NCBI GenBank assembly: GCA_964019425.1
Contig: OZ025780.1
Coordinates: 930,001 to 994,000, forward strand
Source: Flectonema sp. DT1601
Taxonomy: Eukaryota
Direction: 5' to 3'
Length of the DNA: 64,000 bases
The notes below the pieces were generated by a model. It saw nothing but the letters and a program-made list of their open reading frames with translations, did not search any database and was not told the DNA's origin. Positions 61,530 to 64,000 of the stretch are shown here, piece after piece. The position numbers and the translations under genes were made by a program. How positions within the stretch are numbered: the stretch's first letter is position 1; the number at the start of each line of letters is the position of its first letter.

Positions 61530-62516
61530 ATGTTTAAAAATACTTTGTTAGTCGGCATGCTGTCATCAGTAGCAAGCAGTTACAATTTTGTTTCTATTGG
61601 TGACTGGGGAGGTGTCAATTTGGGGGGATATCACGAAGTGGCTGAGAAAGCAGTCGCAACACAAATGCAAAAAACGATGGCTGAAATTGATGCAAAGATG
61701 GTTTTAAACGTCGGAGATAACTTCTACTACTGCGGTGTGAAGAGCGTTGACGATCCTTTGTTTAAAACAGACTACGAGGATGTTTTTACTGCTCAGTCGA
61801 CGATGGTAAAATGGTACGGCGTTCTAGGAAACCACGACTACGGCTACAGTCCTGACGCTCAAATCAGCTACAAATCACCAAACAGCGATCGATGGGTGAT
61901 GCCTGACAGATACTACACCGAAAGACTCCAATTGGAAGGTGATAAATACATGACTATGGTCTTCATCGATACTAATCCTTGTATCAGTGCGTACCGTTCT
62001 TCAAACCCAAGCGGATGGGATCCATGTTCAGGAAAGTACATGGATTGCCCAGGATGTAAATTCCATGAAAACATTATCGCACAAAACTGCTCTGCTCAGC
62101 TTACTTGGTTGGAACACACAATGAAGAGTATCGATAAGAATGATTGGGTTCTAGTCATTGGACACCATGCTGCCTGGGAGATTAATGTGGCTGACTTCAC
62201 AACTGTTTTACAACAATACGGATTTGACCTTTACCTAAACGGTCACACTCATGAACTAAACACATACACCATTGACGGTAAGGGAGCTTACCTTACAACT
62301 GGTGCTGGTACAATGGTTGCTATCCCCGGTCATGAAGAAGAGGAAGAACATGAAGATTCACCAAGTCATTCTCTTATTCACTCACACAATTACACTTGGC
62401 ATAATAAGATTGCGGGTTTCACAACTCACAAGTTCAATTCCGACTTTACTACTCTCACAACTTCATTTGTTGCGTTCAACGGGTCTACTATCAAAACACT
62501 TGTTGTTAACAAATAA
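61530..62516 (+). CDS. Secreted purple (tartrate-resistant, ACP5-like) acid phosphatase
   Basis: Signal peptide; metallophosphoesterase motifs GDWG, GDNFY, GNHDY, GHH, GHTH. Confidence 0.95.
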   Translation: MFKNTLLVGMLSSVASSYNFVSIGDWGGVNLGGYHEVAEKAVATQMQKTMAEIDAKMVLNVGDNFYYCGVKSVDDPLFKTDYEDVFTAQSTMVKWYGVLGNHDYGYSPDAQISYKSPNSDRWVMPDRYYTERLQLEGDKYMTMVFIDTNPCISAYRSSNPSGWDPCSGKYMDCPGCKFHENIIAQNCSAQLTWLEHTMKSIDKNDWVLVIGHHAAWEINVADFTTVLQQYGFDLYLNGHTHELNTYTIDGKGAYLTTGAGTMVAIPGHEEEEEHEDSPSHSLIHSHNYTWHNKIAGFTTHKFNSDFTTLTTSFVAFNGSTIKTLVVNK

Positions 62517-63764
62517 AATTGACTTTTTATGAAAGCAGTGGGAGAGAGAGAAATGAAAAGACCAACGCAACTGCCAGGAAGTCCTTTTTTTATGGCTTCT
62601 GGCTCCTTATGGCAGTACCTTGGTTTTTTTTGTTTTCTCTTTTTTTTTCCCGTCATCTGAATGACTGAAAAGGAAAAAAATTTCTACCTGGAGAGCTTGT
62701 TACTTGTTTTGCAATAAATAAATAAAAAATATTTCGAGTGTTTTGAATAAGGTCGACTCGACTTTTTTTTTTTTGTGTTTTTTTGTTTTTTTTGTGTGCA
62801 TATTGTGGAGGGGAACAAAAAAAAAAAAAAAAAACGTTCGACTTTGTCCCATGGCTGTAGAAACTGAGCTTGCTCAAACCTCGTTTTGTAGGCCACGCAG
62901 CGTACCTAAGAAGACGTCTTTACTGTACTCGATGACTGTTATATTGTAGTCTGCGAGTATTCACTCTCTTTGCTTCTTTCTCTTGGGTTTTCCTCGTGTG
63001 CTGTGAAGTACTTTTTTTTTTTTTTTTTTTTCATTCATACTTTTTCAGCTGCGGAGCGATGACGTTACCCAAGTGAGTTAGGCAGACGGAAATCCACTCT
63101 CTTTCTTCCGGTATTTAACAGACAGATCTGTTCAATTTCAATTTTTTTTTTTTTTTTATTCATTTTTATCTATTTAACCTCCGAAGTAACCGAAAAAAAC
63201 TGGAAAAGAAATAATTATTATGAAAATAGAAAAGTTTGGATAGACGAAAGACCAGGTCGGAGAAAAGATTTTTCTACCGCGGACTTAAGCATCTAACTGA
63301 AGGGAAGAAAACACAAAAAAAAAAGGAAAAAACGAAAAATATTTTCTTGGTGAATTGTCGTGTAACTTACTTTAGTATATTAGCAACGCATGGCTGGTGC
63401 CTTAGCTGGGCTTCGGCTGAAAGAGGGAAATTGCTTTCCTAAATTACGAAAGTGATGCCAAACGAAAAAAAAAAAAAAAAAAGAAAATAATAATAAATAA
63501 AAAACACACAAACCACATGACCAACCAACCATGTCTAGAGCTTATAGCACTTTCGGCCTTCTCTCTGCCGACTATTAACCGCTCCTCAGTATTGTACAAT
63601 TTCGTTGTACTCATATTCCCAGTCTCTGGGATGAATCTGACCAGCCTGTAGAGAGCAATGTAGTGGCGACTAGACATTTTGATTTCTTTTTTTTCTCTCC
63701 GTTCTTCCGATTATTTTACTTCTCTCTACTAAGTTGCATCACCACCACAAACCCAAGCACTAAG

Positions 63765-64000
63765 ATGGCCAGAGGATACGTACCAAAGGGAAGAAAGGAG
63801 GGCAAGTCCCGTTCTGACACTGCCTCGATTGAGACAACCATCCACATGCACAAGTACTTGAAGGGAAGGACATTCAAGAAAAGAGCTCCATTCGCAGCAA
63901 AGGTGGTGAGAAACGTAGCCCGTCAGGTTATGGGAACAACTGACAACAGGATTGAAGTGAGATTAAACAAAGCAATCTGGTCGAAAGGTATTAAGGGATG
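63765..64000 (+). CDS. RPL31: 60S ribosomal protein L31 (eL31), partial
   Basis: MARGYVPKGKKGG..ETTIHMHKYLKGRTFKKRAPFAAKVVRNVARQVMGTTDNRIEVRLNKAIWSKGIKG; runs off the window and is absent from the ORF track. Confidence 0.95.
   Translation, partial: MARGYVPKGRKEGKSRSDTASIETTIHMHKYLKGRTFKKRAPFAAKVVRNVARQVMGTTDNRIEVRLNKAIWSKGIKG

Overview
AT-rich eukaryotic nuclear DNA, most likely a euglenozoan. A diplonemid-like host is inferred from the RPL31 sequence, a PSP1-C protein, same-strand genes and intron style. Bases 1-~38,000 are a nested repeat block; 40-64 kb is a + strand gene cluster (P4-ATPase flippase, GEX1/KAR5-like nuclear-fusion protein, PSP1-C protein, purple acid phosphatase, RPL31) with a Sola-like relic. 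The repeat block is built by three largely dissimilar mobile units. Family A carries a coiled-coil ORF, an iteron-like GAGATACC array and a ~120/90-bp triple-hairpin satellite. Family B is a 1345/1280-bp unit with many intron-like segments. Family C is a 1361-bp unit. All three share a covarying 3' stem-loop with a CAAAA loop and end 30-38 nt after it. They occur as 5'-truncated, partially tandem and head-to-head copies inserted into each other and into a pogo transposase. This suggests an undescribed family of non-autonomous elements mobilised in trans (Penelope-like retro- or rolling-circle mechanism; no enzyme is encoded in the window). Pogo, piggyBac and MITE elements have in turn inserted into family A. 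In the host genes, cis-introns end in A-rich tracts while putative trans-splice acceptors are pyrimidine-rich. All calls were made by eye, without database searches.
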